Assembly (NCBI GenBank): GCA_029984035.1
Contig: JASBYJ010000001.1
Coordinates: forward strand, 213,534 to 277,533
Direction: 5' to 3'
DNA length: 64,000 nt
From: Conchiformibius sp.
GTDB lineage: Bacteria > Pseudomonadota > Gammaproteobacteria > Burkholderiales > Neisseriaceae
Below the pieces are notes generated by a model. It saw only the letters and a list, made by a program, of their open reading frames with translations, was not told the origin of the DNA and ran no database searches. Positions 1-10,770 of the stretch are shown here, piece by piece. Position 1 is the first letter of the stretch. Every line of letters starts with the position of its first letter. A program made the position numbers and the translations under genes.

Positions 1-245
1 AAACTGCTTACGGTTTTCAGGCAGCCTGAGTGCATTACTCTGTTTTTATGCAATTGCGTTTAATGACAACGATGATTTGCATAAGCAAGATTTTCAGGCA
101 GGCAAGATATGATTGTGCTTTCATTATGTTGTAGTAATTACCAAAGCAGCTTTTTGATTTTCTGATAAAATATTGCCGTTTTTCTTTCAGGCTGCCTGAA
201 AAATACAGCGCAGCCTGATTACTTATCTGTAAACGATTTAAATAA

Positions 246-2051
246 ATGACAAAGTACATGAAAAATATACGAAATTTCTCTATTATTGCCCACATCGACC
301 ATGGTAAATCCACTTTGGCAGATCGTTTTATTCAGTTCTGCGGTGGACTTGACCCCCGCGAAATGAGTACGCAAGTTCTTGATTCAATGGATATTGAAAA
401 AGAACGCGGCATCACCATCAAAGCCCAAACCGCCGCCCTGAACTACAAAGCCCGCAACGGCGAAACCTACCGCCTCAACCTGATTGACACGCCCGGACAC
501 GTTGATTTTTCTTACGAAGTGTCGCGCTCGCTGTCTGCCTGCGAAGGCGCATTGCTGGTGGTGGACGCATCGCAGGGCGTGGAAGCGCAAACCGTTGCCA
601 ACTGCTACACCGCCATCGATTTGGGCGTGGAAGTCGTGCCGGTGCTGAACAAAATTGACTTGCCTGCCGCCGACCCCGACCGCGTTGCCCAAGAAATTGA
701 AGACATTATCGGCATTGATGCGGTGGGCGCGGTAACCTGTTCCGCCAAAAGCGGCATGGGCGTGGAAGACGTGTTGGAAGAAATCGTTGCCAAAATCCCC
801 GCCCCGCAGGGCGACCCCGCCGCGCCGCTTCAGGCAGTCATCATCGATTCGTGGTTTGACAACTATGTCGGCGTGGTGATGCTGATTCGCGTCAAAAACG
901 GCACGCTCAAACTCAAAGACAAAGTGCGCTTTATGGCGACAAAAGCCGAAACGCAAGTGGAACAACTGGGCGTGTTTACCCCGAAATCCGTGAACAAACA
1001 AGAATTAAGCGCGGGCGAAGTCGGCTTTCTGATTACCGGCGTGAAAGAATTGGGACAGGCGAAAGTGGGCGACACGGTAACGCTGGCGCAAAATCCCGCC
1101 GCCGAGCCTTTGGCGGGTTTTAAAGAAGTGCAAAGCCAAGTGTTTGCGGGACTTTATCCCGTGGAAAGCCACGACTACGAAGCCCTGCGCGATGCGCTGG
1201 AAAAACTGCAACTCAATGATGCCTCATTGAAATTTGAACCCGAAGTGTCGCAAGCCTTGGGCTTCGGCTTCCGTTGCGGCTTTTTGGGCTTGCTGCACTT
1301 GGAAATCGTGCAAGAGCGTTTGGAACGCGAATTTGATATGGATTTGATTACCACCGCGCCCACCGTGGTTTACCGCGTGATTATGAAAAACGGCGAAGAA
1401 ATGGAAGTGGAAAATCCGTCCAAACTGCCCGATATCGGCACGATTGAAACCATTTTGGAACCGGTGATTACCGCCACCATTCTGGTGCCGCAGGATTATG
1501 TCGGCAACGTGATGACCCTGTGCAACCAAAAACGCGGCGTGCAGGTGAATATGCAGTATCTGGGGCGGCAGGTGATGCTGACTTATGATTTGCCGATGAA
1601 CGAAGTGGTGATGGATTTCTTTGACAAACTCAAATCCACATCACGCGGCTATGCTTCGCTGGACTATGAATTTAAAGAGTTTCGTCCTGCCGATTTGATT
1701 AAGCTGGACATTATGGTGAACGGCGAAAAAGTGGACGCTTTGAGCCTGATTGTGCATCGTCAAAGCTCCGTGCATCGCGGGCGCGAACTGGCGGCGAAAA
1801 TGCGCGAGTTGATTCCGCGCCAAATGTTTGATATTGCGGTGCAAGCGTCCATCGGCAGCCAGATTATCGCCCGCGAAAACGTCAAAGCCCTGCGTAAAAA
1901 CGTGTTGGCGAAATGTTATGGCGGCGACATCACGCGTAAGAAAAAACTGCTGGAAAAACAAAAAGCCGGTAAAAAACGCATGAAGCAGGTGGGCAATGTG
2001 GAAATTCCGCAGAGCGCGTTTTTGGCGATTTTGCAGGTGGGGGATAAGTAG
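246..2051 (+). CDS. lepA: Elongation factor 4 (LepA), translational GTPase
   Basis: 601 aa. N-terminus [23 protein letters not shown] with GTP-binding motifs ([21 protein letters not shown]). Full-length LepA-like C-terminus. Start may be ATG at 246 or the in-frame M at 258. Confidence 0.95.
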   Translation: MTKYMKNIRNFSIIAHIDHGKSTLADRFIQFCGGLDPREMSTQVLDSMDIEKERGITIKAQTAALNYKARNGETYRLNLIDTPGHVDFSYEVSRSLSACEGALLVVDASQGVEAQTVANCYTAIDLGVEVVPVLNKIDLPAADPDRVAQEIEDIIGIDAVGAVTCSAKSGMGVEDVLEEIVAKIPAPQGDPAAPLQAVIIDSWFDNYVGVVMLIRVKNGTLKLKDKVRFMATKAETQVEQLGVFTPKSVNKQELSAGEVGFLITGVKELGQAKVGDTVTLAQNPAAEPLAGFKEVQSQVFAGLYPVESHDYEALRDALEKLQLNDASLKFEPEVSQALGFGFRCGFLGLLHLEIVQERLEREFDMDLITTAPTVVYRVIMKNGEEMEVENPSKLPDIGTIETILEPVITATILVPQDYVGNVMTLCNQKRGVQVNMQYLGRQVMLTYDLPMNEVVMDFFDKLKSTSRGYASLDYEFKEFRPADLIKLDIMVNGEKVDALSLIVHRQSSVHRGRELAAKMRELIPRQMFDIAVQASIGSQIIARENVKALRKNVLAKCYGGDITRKKKLLEKQKAGKKRMKQVGNVEIPQSAFLAILQVGDK

Positions 2052-2131
2052 TTTTTGGGTTCAGATTGCTTGAAAACGCAAGCCGCCTGAAAAAGTTTTT
2101 ACGTAGTATGAATTATAAGTAAGGGAAAAAT

Positions 2132-2890
2132 ATGAAACCAATCTTACCTATTGCGATTTGCTTAATTTTAACCTCTTGCGCTACTTCTGATTCAGCGTTT
2201 TGGTATCCCGAAATAAGTATTTTAAATGGTCAAAAAGTTGACCATATTTCGCCGGGAAAAAGTGTTACATTCGTTGGTTCCACTACTGATGAATTTAATC
2301 GCAATATGCCAGTTTATCCAAATGATCCCCAAGGAAATGCACATAAAATCATACATATTTCACCACCACCAAAATTTATTTTTGCCACCTGTGAAGGCAC
2401 CAGTTATAACAATACGGTAAGAATCACACGTACAGGACATCAATTAGTAAAAGGCTCGTTTCAAGAAGGAAAAACTTACCAAGTATATTGTAATGCTCAG
2501 TATGATAACAGTTTTGAAATTGTGGCACGTGAAGTACCTAATGGCACAAGTTTTTCTACCAGTTACGCTATGGATGCTTATTTTAAACGAGAACACTCTA
2601 ATACTTCCGGACGTGTGCGTTTTATTGCGACAGGAGAAACAAAAAATGGTGGATTTATGGGCTGGGGCACCAATCCTAACACAATGAACATATTAGGATC
2701 GGATGGTAAATTATCTGGCACAGCAGAACTAATTGCGCCTGTTAATCGTGTTATTGTATCTTGCAAGCGAAATGGCAGGGGAAAAATGGTAGATATCAAA
2801 CATGCTTTTGAAACAGGGAAAACTTATCGTCTGGATTGCAGAGAAGAAGCCAATGGAGAAATTTCTGCTTTTATTGTTGATGTACAGTAA
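2132..2890 (+). CDS. Hypothetical lipoprotein (signal peptide plus lipobox LTSC); AT-rich, no recognisable family
   Basis: 252 aa. N-terminus MKPILPIAICLILTSCATSD is a typical SPase II signal with lipobox. Codon usage is AT-rich relative to flanking lepA and maeB. An RBS (AAGGGAAAAATATG) precedes the start. Confidence 0.7.
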   Translation: MKPILPIAICLILTSCATSDSAFWYPEISILNGQKVDHISPGKSVTFVGSTTDEFNRNMPVYPNDPQGNAHKIIHISPPPKFIFATCEGTSYNNTVRITRTGHQLVKGSFQEGKTYQVYCNAQYDNSFEIVAREVPNGTSFSTSYAMDAYFKREHSNTSGRVRFIATGETKNGGFMGWGTNPNTMNILGSDGKLSGTAELIAPVNRVIVSCKRNGRGKMVDIKHAFETGKTYRLDCREEANGEISAFIVDVQ

Positions 2891-3057
2891 ACGTAAGGGG
2901 GGATTCTTGTATCCGATTTTTTTTCCTAAAAATTAACGAATTTATAGAAATAGTCGAGGTCAGATACTCGTATCCGACTATTCTTAAAATATCCGCAAAA
3001 TATTGAATTTAAAAATCCAACTTACATTTTCAGCTTGCCTGAAACGGAATATTCATC

Positions 3058-3348
3058 ATGAAACCGTCCGAATTATTGCAACAACACCGCGCCGAATTAT
3101 TGGCCGCTAGCCGACAATTCGCGGTAGAAAATGTGCGCGTATTCGGTTTGGTTGCCAAAGGTATGGACAGTGAAAATAGTGATTTGGATATTTTGATTGA
3201 ACCTTTGCCGCAGACCACTTTGTTTTATTTGGGCGGTTTGCAAATGGCGTTTGAAGAATTGTTGGGGATTCAGGTGGATGTTCTCACGCCGCGCTGTCTG
3301 CCCGAAACATTCCGTGCCCAAGTGTTGCGGGAAGCCAAGCCATTGTAA
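3058..3348 (+). CDS. Minimal nucleotidyltransferase (MNT/MntA-type antitoxin of HepT-MNT toxin-antitoxin pairs)
   Basis: 96 aa. Contains the GxVAxGxxxxxSDLDILIE motif (GLVAKGMDSENSDLDILIEP) characteristic of the pol-beta superfamily minimal nucleotidyltransferase antitoxin. Confidence 0.75.
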   Translation: MKPSELLQQHRAELLAASRQFAVENVRVFGLVAKGMDSENSDLDILIEPLPQTTLFYLGGLQMAFEELLGIQVDVLTPRCLPETFRAQVLREAKPL

Positions 3349-3385
3349 AAAGGAAAGATGTTCAGACTGCCTGAAACAAAAAATC

Positions 3386-3490
3386 ATGGAAAACCCTATC
3401 CCCAACACCGAACGCCTGATCCGCGAAATCAATTTAATCCACCAACACTATTCGCGGGATTATTTTGAAACGGATAGAGTCAAAAAGTGA
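3386..3490 (+). pseudogene. Truncated HepT (DUF86)-like toxin remnant, N-terminal 34 codons only
   Basis: MENPIPNTERLIREINLIHQHYSRDYFETDRVKK resembles the HepT N-terminal helix (xRLxxExIxxIxxxIxxYTxxxxFEEFxxDxxxQDAV) and then hits a stop. A degenerate DUS lies just before it (3362-3378). HepT is normally 110-140 aa. Confidence 0.4.
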
Positions 3491-3526
3491 AAAAACTAAT
3501 TTAGTTGAGTTTGGTATTTTTACAGA

Positions 3527-3553
3527 AAAAAGACGGGCGAGATGCCCGTCTTT
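3527..3553. terminator. Rho-independent terminator hairpin (AGACGGGCgagaTGCCCGTCT flanked by A/T runs), bidirectional
   Basis: Perfect 8 bp inverted repeat with A-run upstream and T-run downstream. It lies between the converging hepT remnant (+) and the BI-1 gene (-). Confidence 0.6.
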
Positions 3554-3590
3554 GCATATAGGCTATTATGCGCAGAAGAAAACCAGTTGC

Positions 3591-4277
3591 TTATTCTTCC
3601 CCTGCAAATGCCAGTAGCAGGCGCAACAGGCTGCTGAACAGGTTGTAGATGGAGATGAAGATAGTTAGGGCTGCGCTGATATGGCTGTCTTCTCCGCCTT
3701 CCAATACGCTGCGAATCTGCCACATAATCAGCAGCGAGCTGAAAATCACAAATGCGCCTGAAATGGCCAATGATAATGCCGGTAGTTTCAGAAAGAGATT
3801 GGCTACGACGCCAATCATCAAAACAATTGCCCCCATGCCCAAGAAACGCCCCAATGCATTGGTATTGATGTTGGCGCGGCGGGCCATTGCGGCCATGGTG
3901 AAAAATATGCCGGCGGTCATGGCGGCAGCAACGCCTACCAGTTTGATGCCGTTGGCAAAGAATCCGCTGTATTGCAGCAAAGGACCCAGCAAAAGCCCCA
4001 TGCCGAATGTAAATACCATCAATAGGACGACACCTGTTTGGTTGTAGCGGTTTTTTTCAATGGCAAAACACATGCCGTAAAAAAAGGCGAAAGTGATGCC
4101 GACGATAACCCAGTAATTGCCTACAAGTGCCAGCGGGTTGAAAAACATACTTGCCGCTGCGCCAAGTGCGCAGGGTATGAAAGACAAGGCAAGCAGATTA
4201 TAGGTTTTTTGCAGCAGTACTTCCTGCTCGGTAATCTGTGTGCCGATTTGGGTGTAGTCTTGCATTTGATTGTGCAT
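3591..4277 (-). CDS. Bax inhibitor-1/YccA (TMBIM) family membrane protein
   Basis: 228 aa with 7 predicted TM segments. Overall resemblance to YccA/BI-1 family proteins, including the charged C-terminal tail (LLAFAGEE). Confidence 0.8.
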   Translation of the reverse strand: MHNQMQDYTQIGTQITEQEVLLQKTYNLLALSFIPCALGAAASMFFNPLALVGNYWVIVGITFAFFYGMCFAIEKNRYNQTGVVLLMVFTFGMGLLLGPLLQYSGFFANGIKLVGVAAAMTAGIFFTMAAMARRANINTNALGRFLGMGAIVLMIGVVANLFLKLPALSLAISGAFVIFSSLLIMWQIRSVLEGGEDSHISAALTIFISIYNLFSSLLRLLLAFAGEE

Positions 4278-4352
4278 GGGATACTCCTTGCTTATGGATT
4301 AAACCTTTTATTAAACACGAAATACAGATGCGTTTAAGATTTCGGTAATGGG

Positions 4353-4384
4353 GCTGCCTGAAAGAAAAGGTTTCAGGCAGCCTG
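4353..4384. terminator. Inverted DUS pair (GGCTGCCTGAAAgaaaaggTTTCAGGCAGCC) acting as a terminator downstream of maeB
   Basis: Perfect inverted repeat built from two uptake-sequence copies, immediately 3' of the maeB stop on the minus strand. Confidence 0.6.
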
Positions 4385-4388
4385 TTGT

Positions 4389-6674
4389 TTATTTGCCGCT
4401 TTGTTGTGCGTCCACTGCGGTTAATGCAACGACGTTTACGATGCGGCGTACGGTTGAGATGGGTGTAACCAAATGCACGGCTTTATTCAATCCCATCAAA
4501 ATCGGGCCGACTGTAATGCCGTTGGTGGCGTGTACGCGCATCAGATTATAGCTGATATTGGCGGCTTCCACATTGGGCATGACCAGCAGATTGGCTGTAC
4601 CCGATAGGGTGGTTTCGGGGAAAATCTGCTTGCGCAGGTTTTCGTCCAAAGCCAAATCGGCCTGCATCTCGCCGTCAATTTCCAATTCGGGGTCGGTTTG
4701 GCGTATCAATTCCAGCGCCTGTTGCATTTTGGTAGTGTCCGGGTCGACATGCGAACCGAAATTGGAATTGGAGAGCAGGGCGACTTTGGGATGGATACCG
4801 AAGCGTTTGATTTCTTGTGCGCACATCAAAGTGCCTTGTGCGATTTGCTCTGCTGTCGGATTATGGGTAACGTAAGTGTCGGAAATAAAGAAATTGCCGC
4901 GGTTGGTAATCAGAGCGTTCATGGCGACGGCATTGCGTTCGGGATTGTTGTAGCCGATGACGTCTTCGTACACTTTGAAATGGTCGCGGAAACGCCCCAC
5001 TGTTCCGGCTACCATGCCGTCAGCGTGTCCGAGCCGCACCATAGTGGCTCCAATCAGGGTGTGGTTGGAGAGCAGGCGGCGGCGTGCCATTTCTTGGGTT
5101 ACGCCTTTGCGTTTTTGCAGGTCGTAATAGCACTGCCAGCTTTCTTCGTAATAAGGATTATTGTGGATGTCGATTAAATCGAAATCTTTGCCTGCCTGAA
5201 TGGTTAAACCTTGTGAGCGGATGCGCTCTTCAATGACTGAGGGGCGGCCGATTAATACGGGATAGGCGAGTTTTTGGGAAACGATTTGTTGCGCGGCGTG
5301 CAATACGCGTTCGTCTTCGCCTTCCGCCAGTACGATACGTTTGATGTCGCGTTTTGCCTGTGCAAATACGGGACGCATAAACATACCGGTTTTGTAGATT
5401 TGTTGGTTCAGTTTTTCGACATAGGCATCCATGTCGTCAATCGGGCGCGTGGCGACGCCTGAGTCCATCGCTGCTTGGGCGACTGCGGGAGCAATGCGTG
5501 CAATCAGGCGCGGGTCGAAAGGTTTGGGAATCAGGTATTCGGGACCGAATTTCAGTTCCTCGCCGCCATAGGCACCGGCTACTACATCGCTGGATTCTGC
5601 CAGAGCCAAATCGGCGATAGCATGCACGGTAGCCAGTTTCATTTCTTCGTTGATGGTGGTTGCACCTACGTCCAAAGCACCGCGGAAAATGAAGGGGAAA
5701 CACAATACATTATTGACTTGGTTGGGAAAATCCGAACGGCCTGTGCCGATAATCACATCGGGACGCGTTGCCTTGGCTTCGGGCGGCCAAATTTCAGGCT
5801 GCGGATTGGCCAGTGCGAAAACCAGAGGTTTGTCGTTCATTTGTTGCAGCATTTCGGGCTTGAGCAGATTGGCGCCGGATAATCCCAAGAAAATATCTTT
5901 ACCTGGAACGGCATCGCCCAAAGTACGCTGACCGTTGTCGGCAATGGCATAGCGGATTTTGCTTTCATCCATGCGTTCGCGGTCTTCACGGGTTTGGTAA
6001 ATCACGCCTTTTGAATCGCACACGGTCATGTTTTCGCGTTTCATGCCCAATGCAACCAATAAATCCAAGCAGGCAATGGCTGCCGCGCCTGCTCCCGAAC
6101 ATACCAATTTCACATCGGCAATGTTTTTGCCAATCAATCTCAAGCCGTTTAATACGGCAGCGGCGGTGATGATGGCCGTGCCGTGCTGGTCATCGTGGAA
6201 AACGGGAATATTGCAGCGTTCGCGTAATTTCTTCTCAATATAGAAGCATTCCGGTGCTTTGATGTCTTCCAAATTGATGCCGCCGAAAGTCGGTTCGAGT
6301 GCGGCAACGATTTCAACGATTTTATCGGGATCGGTTTCGTTTAATTCGATGTCGAATACATCAATATTGGCGAATTTTTTAAACAGTACGCCTTTGCCTT
6401 CCATAACGGGCTTGCTTGCCAGTGCGCCGATATTGCCCAAGCCCAATACTGCGGTGCCGTTTGAGATGACGGCTACCAAATTGCCGCGAGCGGTGTATTT
6501 GTAAGAGGCGAGCGGGTCGGCATGGATTTCCATACAGGGTGCGGCAACACCGGGAGAGTAGGCGAGTGCCAAATCGTGTTGTGTGGCCAAGGGTTTTGTC
6601 GGAGCGACTTGGATTTTGCCCGGATAGGGGAATTCGTGAAATTGTAAAGCGGCTTCTTTCAGATGGTTATCCAT
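4389..6674 (-). CDS. maeB: NADP-dependent malic enzyme (malate dehydrogenase, oxaloacetate-decarboxylating) with C-terminal phosphotransacetylase-like domain
   Basis: 761 aa. N-terminus [23 protein letters not shown], malic enzyme NAD(P)-binding domain ([17 protein letters not shown]), and a PTA-like C-terminal half. Confidence 0.93.
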   Translation of the reverse strand: MDNHLKEAALQFHEFPYPGKIQVAPTKPLATQHDLALAYSPGVAAPCMEIHADPLASYKYTARGNLVAVISNGTAVLGLGNIGALASKPVMEGKGVLFKKFANIDVFDIELNETDPDKIVEIVAALEPTFGGINLEDIKAPECFYIEKKLRERCNIPVFHDDQHGTAIITAAAVLNGLRLIGKNIADVKLVCSGAGAAAIACLDLLVALGMKRENMTVCDSKGVIYQTREDRERMDESKIRYAIADNGQRTLGDAVPGKDIFLGLSGANLLKPEMLQQMNDKPLVFALANPQPEIWPPEAKATRPDVIIGTGRSDFPNQVNNVLCFPFIFRGALDVGATTINEEMKLATVHAIADLALAESSDVVAGAYGGEELKFGPEYLIPKPFDPRLIARIAPAVAQAAMDSGVATRPIDDMDAYVEKLNQQIYKTGMFMRPVFAQAKRDIKRIVLAEGEDERVLHAAQQIVSQKLAYPVLIGRPSVIEERIRSQGLTIQAGKDFDLIDIHNNPYYEESWQCYYDLQKRKGVTQEMARRRLLSNHTLIGATMVRLGHADGMVAGTVGRFRDHFKVYEDVIGYNNPERNAVAMNALITNRGNFFISDTYVTHNPTAEQIAQGTLMCAQEIKRFGIHPKVALLSNSNFGSHVDPDTTKMQQALELIRQTDPELEIDGEMQADLALDENLRKQIFPETTLSGTANLLVMPNVEAANISYNLMRVHATNGITVGPILMGLNKAVHLVTPISTVRRIVNVVALTAVDAQQSGK

Positions 6675-6761
6675 GGACTACTTTCTGTTAATGAGTGATG
6701 TTAAATTAAGTTAAATTTGGTTGCGTGATTGTACTATAAGCACCGTTATGCAGCGAGAGCT

Positions 6762-7211
6762 TTACTCGGATAGCTCGTCTAAAATTTCTTCGCCGGTTTC
6801 TACTGTGCCTCCGCAGGGAATATATAGCTTGGCGTTGCCTGAAAGGGGAAAAGCGGCAAAACAGGGCGTGTCGGCAAGCTGCAAGGTATCCCATAGAGGG
6901 GATAATGCGGAAGGATGGTTTTCCGAAAGCGTATAAACACGGTAGTTTTGCGGGGGAAGCAGCAGCTCTTGGGCGGTTTCAGGCAGCGGTACATCGGTGG
7001 AAACCAGCGAGCCGGTCAATATGCTGCGTTCGCCGTTTTCATGAGTATGCAATACGCTGTATACGGTAGGGCTGAACGCTGTGATAGTGTTTTTCAGGCT
7101 GCCTGAATGCCAGTTTTCCCATGAGCTGAGTACATCGTTTAATTCGTGCAGGGGTGAACGTGTGCCGGCAATTCGGAAGAAAAACAGGGTGGTTTCGGTG
7201 TAATCGGTCAT
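6762..7211 (-). CDS. Hypothetical protein (possible GyrI-like effector-binding fold)
   Basis: 149 aa ORF with RBS. No firm family recognised. Length and hydrophobic pattern vaguely resemble GyrI/SbmC-like domains. Confidence 0.4.
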   Translation of the reverse strand: MTDYTETTLFFFRIAGTRSPLHELNDVLSSWENWHSGSLKNTITAFSPTVYSVLHTHENGERSILTGSLVSTDVPLPETAQELLLPPQNYRVYTLSENHPSALSPLWDTLQLADTPCFAAFPLSGNAKLYIPCGGTVETGEEILDELSE

Positions 7212-7212
7212 A

Positions 7213-7605
7213 TCAGTATGAACATAGGGCGATGAGCCATAAAACGGCGGTTAGAATCAAAGCGAGCATTTGTGCGGCCGAACCGACATCTTTGGCACGT
7301 TTTGCCAAAGGGTGTTTCTCCAGTGAAATGTAATCTATGGTGGCTTCGATGGCGGTGTTGAACAATTCGGTAATCAGGGAAAGGAATGATGCGCCAATCA
7401 GCATCATGGCAATTGCCGCATCAAAGTCGGCAAAGCAAATCACTGACAACAAAATACCGTGCAGCAGGACGAGCTGCCTGAAAGCGGCTTCGTGTCTGTA
7501 TGCGGCAAGCAGACCGTCTTTGGAATAGCCTGCGGCATTGATGATGCGTTGCAGCCCGCGTTGGCCTTTGAAATCCGAGGCGTTGGGTTCGGTGTGCTGG
7601 TTCAT
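7213..7605 (-). CDS. dgkA: Diacylglycerol kinase
   Basis: Internal start MNQHTEPNASDFKGQRGLQRIINAAGYSKDGL, confirmed as CAT at 7603-7605. Matches the DgkA signature (GLxRIxNAxxYSxxGLxAAxxxEAAFRQ). 3 TM helices. About 130 aa. Confidence 0.85.
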   Translation of the reverse strand: MNQHTEPNASDFKGQRGLQRIINAAGYSKDGLLAAYRHEAAFRQLVLLHGILLSVICFADFDAAIAMMLIGASFLSLITELFNTAIEATIDYISLEKHPLAKRAKDVGSAAQMLALILTAVLWLIALCSY

Positions 7606-7607
7606 TT

Positions 7608-8045
7608 TCAGGCAGCCTTTAATGTGTCCAATACGGTTTGGGCGTGCCCGGCCACTTTGACTTGCCGCCATTCGTGGCTGATTTCGCCTTGTTTGTCCAA
7701 TACGAAAGTGCTGCGTTCGATACCGAGACTTTCTTTGCCATAGAGTCTTTTCAGTTTAATCACATCAAATTGGCGGCATACGCTTTCATCGGTATCGCTT
7801 AGCAATGGAAATCGAAAGCCTTGTTTGGCGCAGAAGTTTTGATGCGTTTTGACGCTGTCGCGTGAAATGCCGACAACGGTATAGCCCAGTGCGGTAAATT
7901 CAGGCAGCAGCCGGTTGAAGTCCAAACCTTCGGTTGTGCAGCCGGGGGTGTTGTCTTTGGGGTAGAAATAGACAACCAGCGGCAGGTGTTCCTGACTGTT
8001 GAACAGGCTGTTGTCGGATGAGGGTAGGGTGAAATGTTGCGGCAT
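7608..8045 (-). CDS. bcp: Thiol peroxidase Bcp (peroxiredoxin Q/BCP family)
   Basis: 145 aa. YFYPKDNTPGCTTE peroxidatic Cys motif. Overall Bcp similarity. Confidence 0.9.
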   Translation of the reverse strand: MPQHFTLPSSDNSLFNSQEHLPLVVYFYPKDNTPGCTTEGLDFNRLLPEFTALGYTVVGISRDSVKTHQNFCAKQGFRFPLLSDTDESVCRQFDVIKLKRLYGKESLGIERSTFVLDKQGEISHEWRQVKVAGHAQTVLDTLKAA

Positions 8046-8118
8046 GGATATTCCTTCGATAACAGCCGCAACGCTTCGGATACATTGCGGCTGTTTTGTT
8101 TCAGGCAGGCTGGCCGGG

Positions 8119-9501
8119 TTAAAGCAGATTCAAATCGCTGACTCTGTCGAAAATGTGGGTTTCGGAATTGCCTTCCTCCCACAGTTTGATACGCAGGCGC
8201 AGGTCGTTTACGGATTCTGCCTGGCGCAAAGCTTCTTCGAGAGTGATTTGGTCTTCGGTGTACAGTTTGAACAAATCTTGGTCGAAGGTTTGCATGCCAT
8301 CGGTTTGCGAGCGGTTCATCAAGGCGATACATTCCATGAGTTCGCCTTTGAAAATATGGTCTTGCATGGCAGGGGTGTTGATAAGCAAATCTACAATACC
8401 GATTCGTCCGCCTGCTTTGAGACGTGCCAAACGTTGGCCGATAATGCCTACGGTGTTCAATGCCAAATCCATCAATACTTGTTGGTGTCTGTCTTCTGGA
8501 TAGAAGTTCAAAATCCGTTCAATAGCTTGCACGGCATTATTGGCGTGGATGGTAAAAATACACAAGTGGCCGGTTTGCGCCAATTGCAAGGCGTATTCCA
8601 TCGTATGCTCGTTGCGGACCTCACCTACGCAGACGACATCGGGTGCCTGACGCATGGCGGACTGTACTGCCATAGACCAAGAAGCGGTGTCGATGCCCAA
8701 TTCGCGTTGGGTAAAGATACTTTTAATCGGTTTATGCAAATATTCCACAGGGTCTTCAATGGTTACGATATGGCCGGCGGCATGTTTGTTTCGCCAGTCG
8801 AGCATGGCGGCCATTGATGTTGATTTGCCCGAGCCGGTGGCACCTGCCAAGATGAGCAGGCCGCGCGGCTGCATGGCCAAATCTTTCAAACCCTGCGGCA
8901 GTTTCAAATCGTCTACGGTAAGGATTTTGGTCGTGATGCGCCGCCATACCATGCCCATACGCCCCTGCTCGTGGTAGGCGTTTACACGGAAACGGATACC
9001 GCCTTCGGAAGTAACGGAATAGTTCAATTCCAATTCTTGGTCAAAACGTGCCCGCTGGTCGGGAGTCATGGTGGAATACACCAAGCTTTGCGTGTCTTGA
9101 GGTGTCAGCGGTTTTAACGGAACGGGCGTCAGCTCGCCGTTGATTTTGAAAGAGGGGGGGAATCCTACGCTGATGAAAATATCGGATGCCAAGCGTTTTT
9201 CGCATTCCGCCGCCATTTTTTCCAACAGCGGATGCAGTCCCGATTTTTTGGGATGTGCGGCAGGTGCCGGAGCGGCGGCATCGCCATGCTGTGTATCCGG
9301 CCATTCGGGGTTTTTTTGTGCGGGTTGGGTTGAGGCGGAAGGTACGCGTGCAGACGGTTGAGCCGCTTGATGGGCAGGGGTGCGTTCTACCCGGGACGGT
9401 TCTTGGGCGGCAGAAGAGTCTTGCGTTTCTTCGTCCTCATAGCTGCCTTGGTTGATGAATGCTTCCAGCAAAGAGGCGATGTCTTGGTTTTTATTGGACA
9501 T
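8119..9501 (-). CDS. pilU: Type IV pilus retraction ATPase PilU with an ~80 aa low-complexity N-terminal extension
   Basis: 460 aa. Walker A (GATGSGKST), PilT/PilU family core (VTIEDPVEYLH), directly downstream of pilT. N-terminal extension is rich in Q/A/P/S. RBS AAGGA precedes the ATG at 9501. Confidence 0.85.
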   Translation of the reverse strand: MSNKNQDIASLLEAFINQGSYEDEETQDSSAAQEPSRVERTPAHQAAQPSARVPSASTQPAQKNPEWPDTQHGDAAAPAPAAHPKKSGLHPLLEKMAAECEKRLASDIFISVGFPPSFKINGELTPVPLKPLTPQDTQSLVYSTMTPDQRARFDQELELNYSVTSEGGIRFRVNAYHEQGRMGMVWRRITTKILTVDDLKLPQGLKDLAMQPRGLLILAGATGSGKSTSMAAMLDWRNKHAAGHIVTIEDPVEYLHKPIKSIFTQRELGIDTASWSMAVQSAMRQAPDVVCVGEVRNEHTMEYALQLAQTGHLCIFTIHANNAVQAIERILNFYPEDRHQQVLMDLALNTVGIIGQRLARLKAGGRIGIVDLLINTPAMQDHIFKGELMECIALMNRSQTDGMQTFDQDLFKLYTEDQITLEEALRQAESVNDLRLRIKLWEEGNSETHIFDRVSDLNLL

Positions 9502-9524
9502 GATTAAATTCCTTTGTGTGCTTG

Positions 9525-10565
9525 TTAGTTAATCATATCTGGATTGGCGGCTTTGGAGCGTGCCGCTTCCAGAGACACCACGCCGCGGCGTACCAAATCT
9601 TGAAGGCATTGGTCCAAGGTCTGCATACCTGCGCTTTGGCCGGTCTGAATGGACGACTGCATTTGCGCCACTTTGTTTTCACGAATCAGGTTGCGGATGG
9701 CGGGAGTGGCAACCATGATTTCGTGTGCGGCTACGCGGCCTTTGCCGTCTTTGGTTTTCATCAGGGTTTGCGCGATAACGGCGCGCAGCGATTCGGACAG
9801 CATGGAACGAACCATTTCTTTTTCGCCGGCAGGAAATACGTCGATGATACGGTCGATGGTTTTGGTGGCGGATGTGGTATGCAGCGTTCCGAATACCAAG
9901 TGGCCGGTTTCCGCTGCGGTTAGCGCCAAGCCGATGGTTTCGGGGTCGCGCATCTCGCCTACCAAAATAATATCGGGGTCTTCGCGAAGGGCGGATTTCA
10001 GTGCATTGGCAAAGCTGTGGGTATGTTCGTGCAGTTCGCGTTGGTTCACCAAACATTTTTTACTTTGGTGTACAAACTCAATCGGGTCTTCGATGGTCAG
10101 AATATGGCCGGAATGTTTTTCGTTTACATAGTCAATCATGGCGGCCAGAGTGGTGGATTTACCCGAACCGGTAGGTCCTGTAACCAATACCAAGCCGCGC
10201 GGAGTATCGGCGATTTTTTGGAAAATGCGCGGTGCTTTGAGTTCGTCCAGCGTCAAAACTTTGCTGGGAATGGTACGGAACACGGCGGCAGGTCCGCGGT
10301 TGGTGTTAAACGCATTGACACGGAAACGGGCAACGTTCGGCAATTCAAAGGAGAAGTCGGTTTCCAGGTTTTGTTGGTAGGCTTTGCGTTGTTGGTCGTT
10401 CATCACCGAGCTAATCATTTTGCCGACTTCTTCGGCGTTCATTTCAGGCAGGTTGATGCGGCGTATGTCGCCATGCACGCGTATCATCGGAGGCAGCCCT
10501 GCCGAGATGTGTAAGTCGGATGATTTGTTTTTGACGCTGAAAGCCAGCAAGTCGGTGATTTGCAT
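9525..10565 (-). CDS. pilT: Twitching motility ATPase PilT
   Basis: MQITDLLAFSVKNKSSDLHISAGLPPMIRVHGD closely matches the neisserial PilT N-terminus. Walker A GPTGSGKSTT. 347 aa from the internal ATG confirmed at 10563-10565. An alternative start MTMQITDLL lies 6 nt upstream. Confidence 0.93.
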   Translation of the reverse strand: MQITDLLAFSVKNKSSDLHISAGLPPMIRVHGDIRRINLPEMNAEEVGKMISSVMNDQQRKAYQQNLETDFSFELPNVARFRVNAFNTNRGPAAVFRTIPSKVLTLDELKAPRIFQKIADTPRGLVLVTGPTGSGKSTTLAAMIDYVNEKHSGHILTIEDPIEFVHQSKKCLVNQRELHEHTHSFANALKSALREDPDIILVGEMRDPETIGLALTAAETGHLVFGTLHTTSATKTIDRIIDVFPAGEKEMVRSMLSESLRAVIAQTLMKTKDGKGRVAAHEIMVATPAIRNLIRENKVAQMQSSIQTGQSAGMQTLDQCLQDLVRRGVVSLEAARSKAANPDMIN

Positions 10566-10770
10566 AGTCATTGTCGGAGTCTCTTGCAAAAGTGCGGGAA
10601 ATGCCTGCCATTTTAAAGAAAATTAGGGCGTTTGATAAGATTGTTTTACGGTGTTGTTAAGAAATGCGCAGCGTTTAGGGCTGCCTGAAAGAAAATTGCG
10701 TATGCCGGTATGCGGGAGGTCTTATGAAAAACCACGTTTCAGGCTGCCTGAAACGTGGTTAAGTCCGGAA

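Noticed and set aside
384-1529. Long antisense ORFs inside lepA (205 aa, 101 aa and others) rich in Arg/His/Gly/Phe
   Set aside because: They are embedded opposite a strongly conserved gene and have a GC-biased antisense composition typical of spurious reverse-frame ORFs. No RBS or homology is evident.
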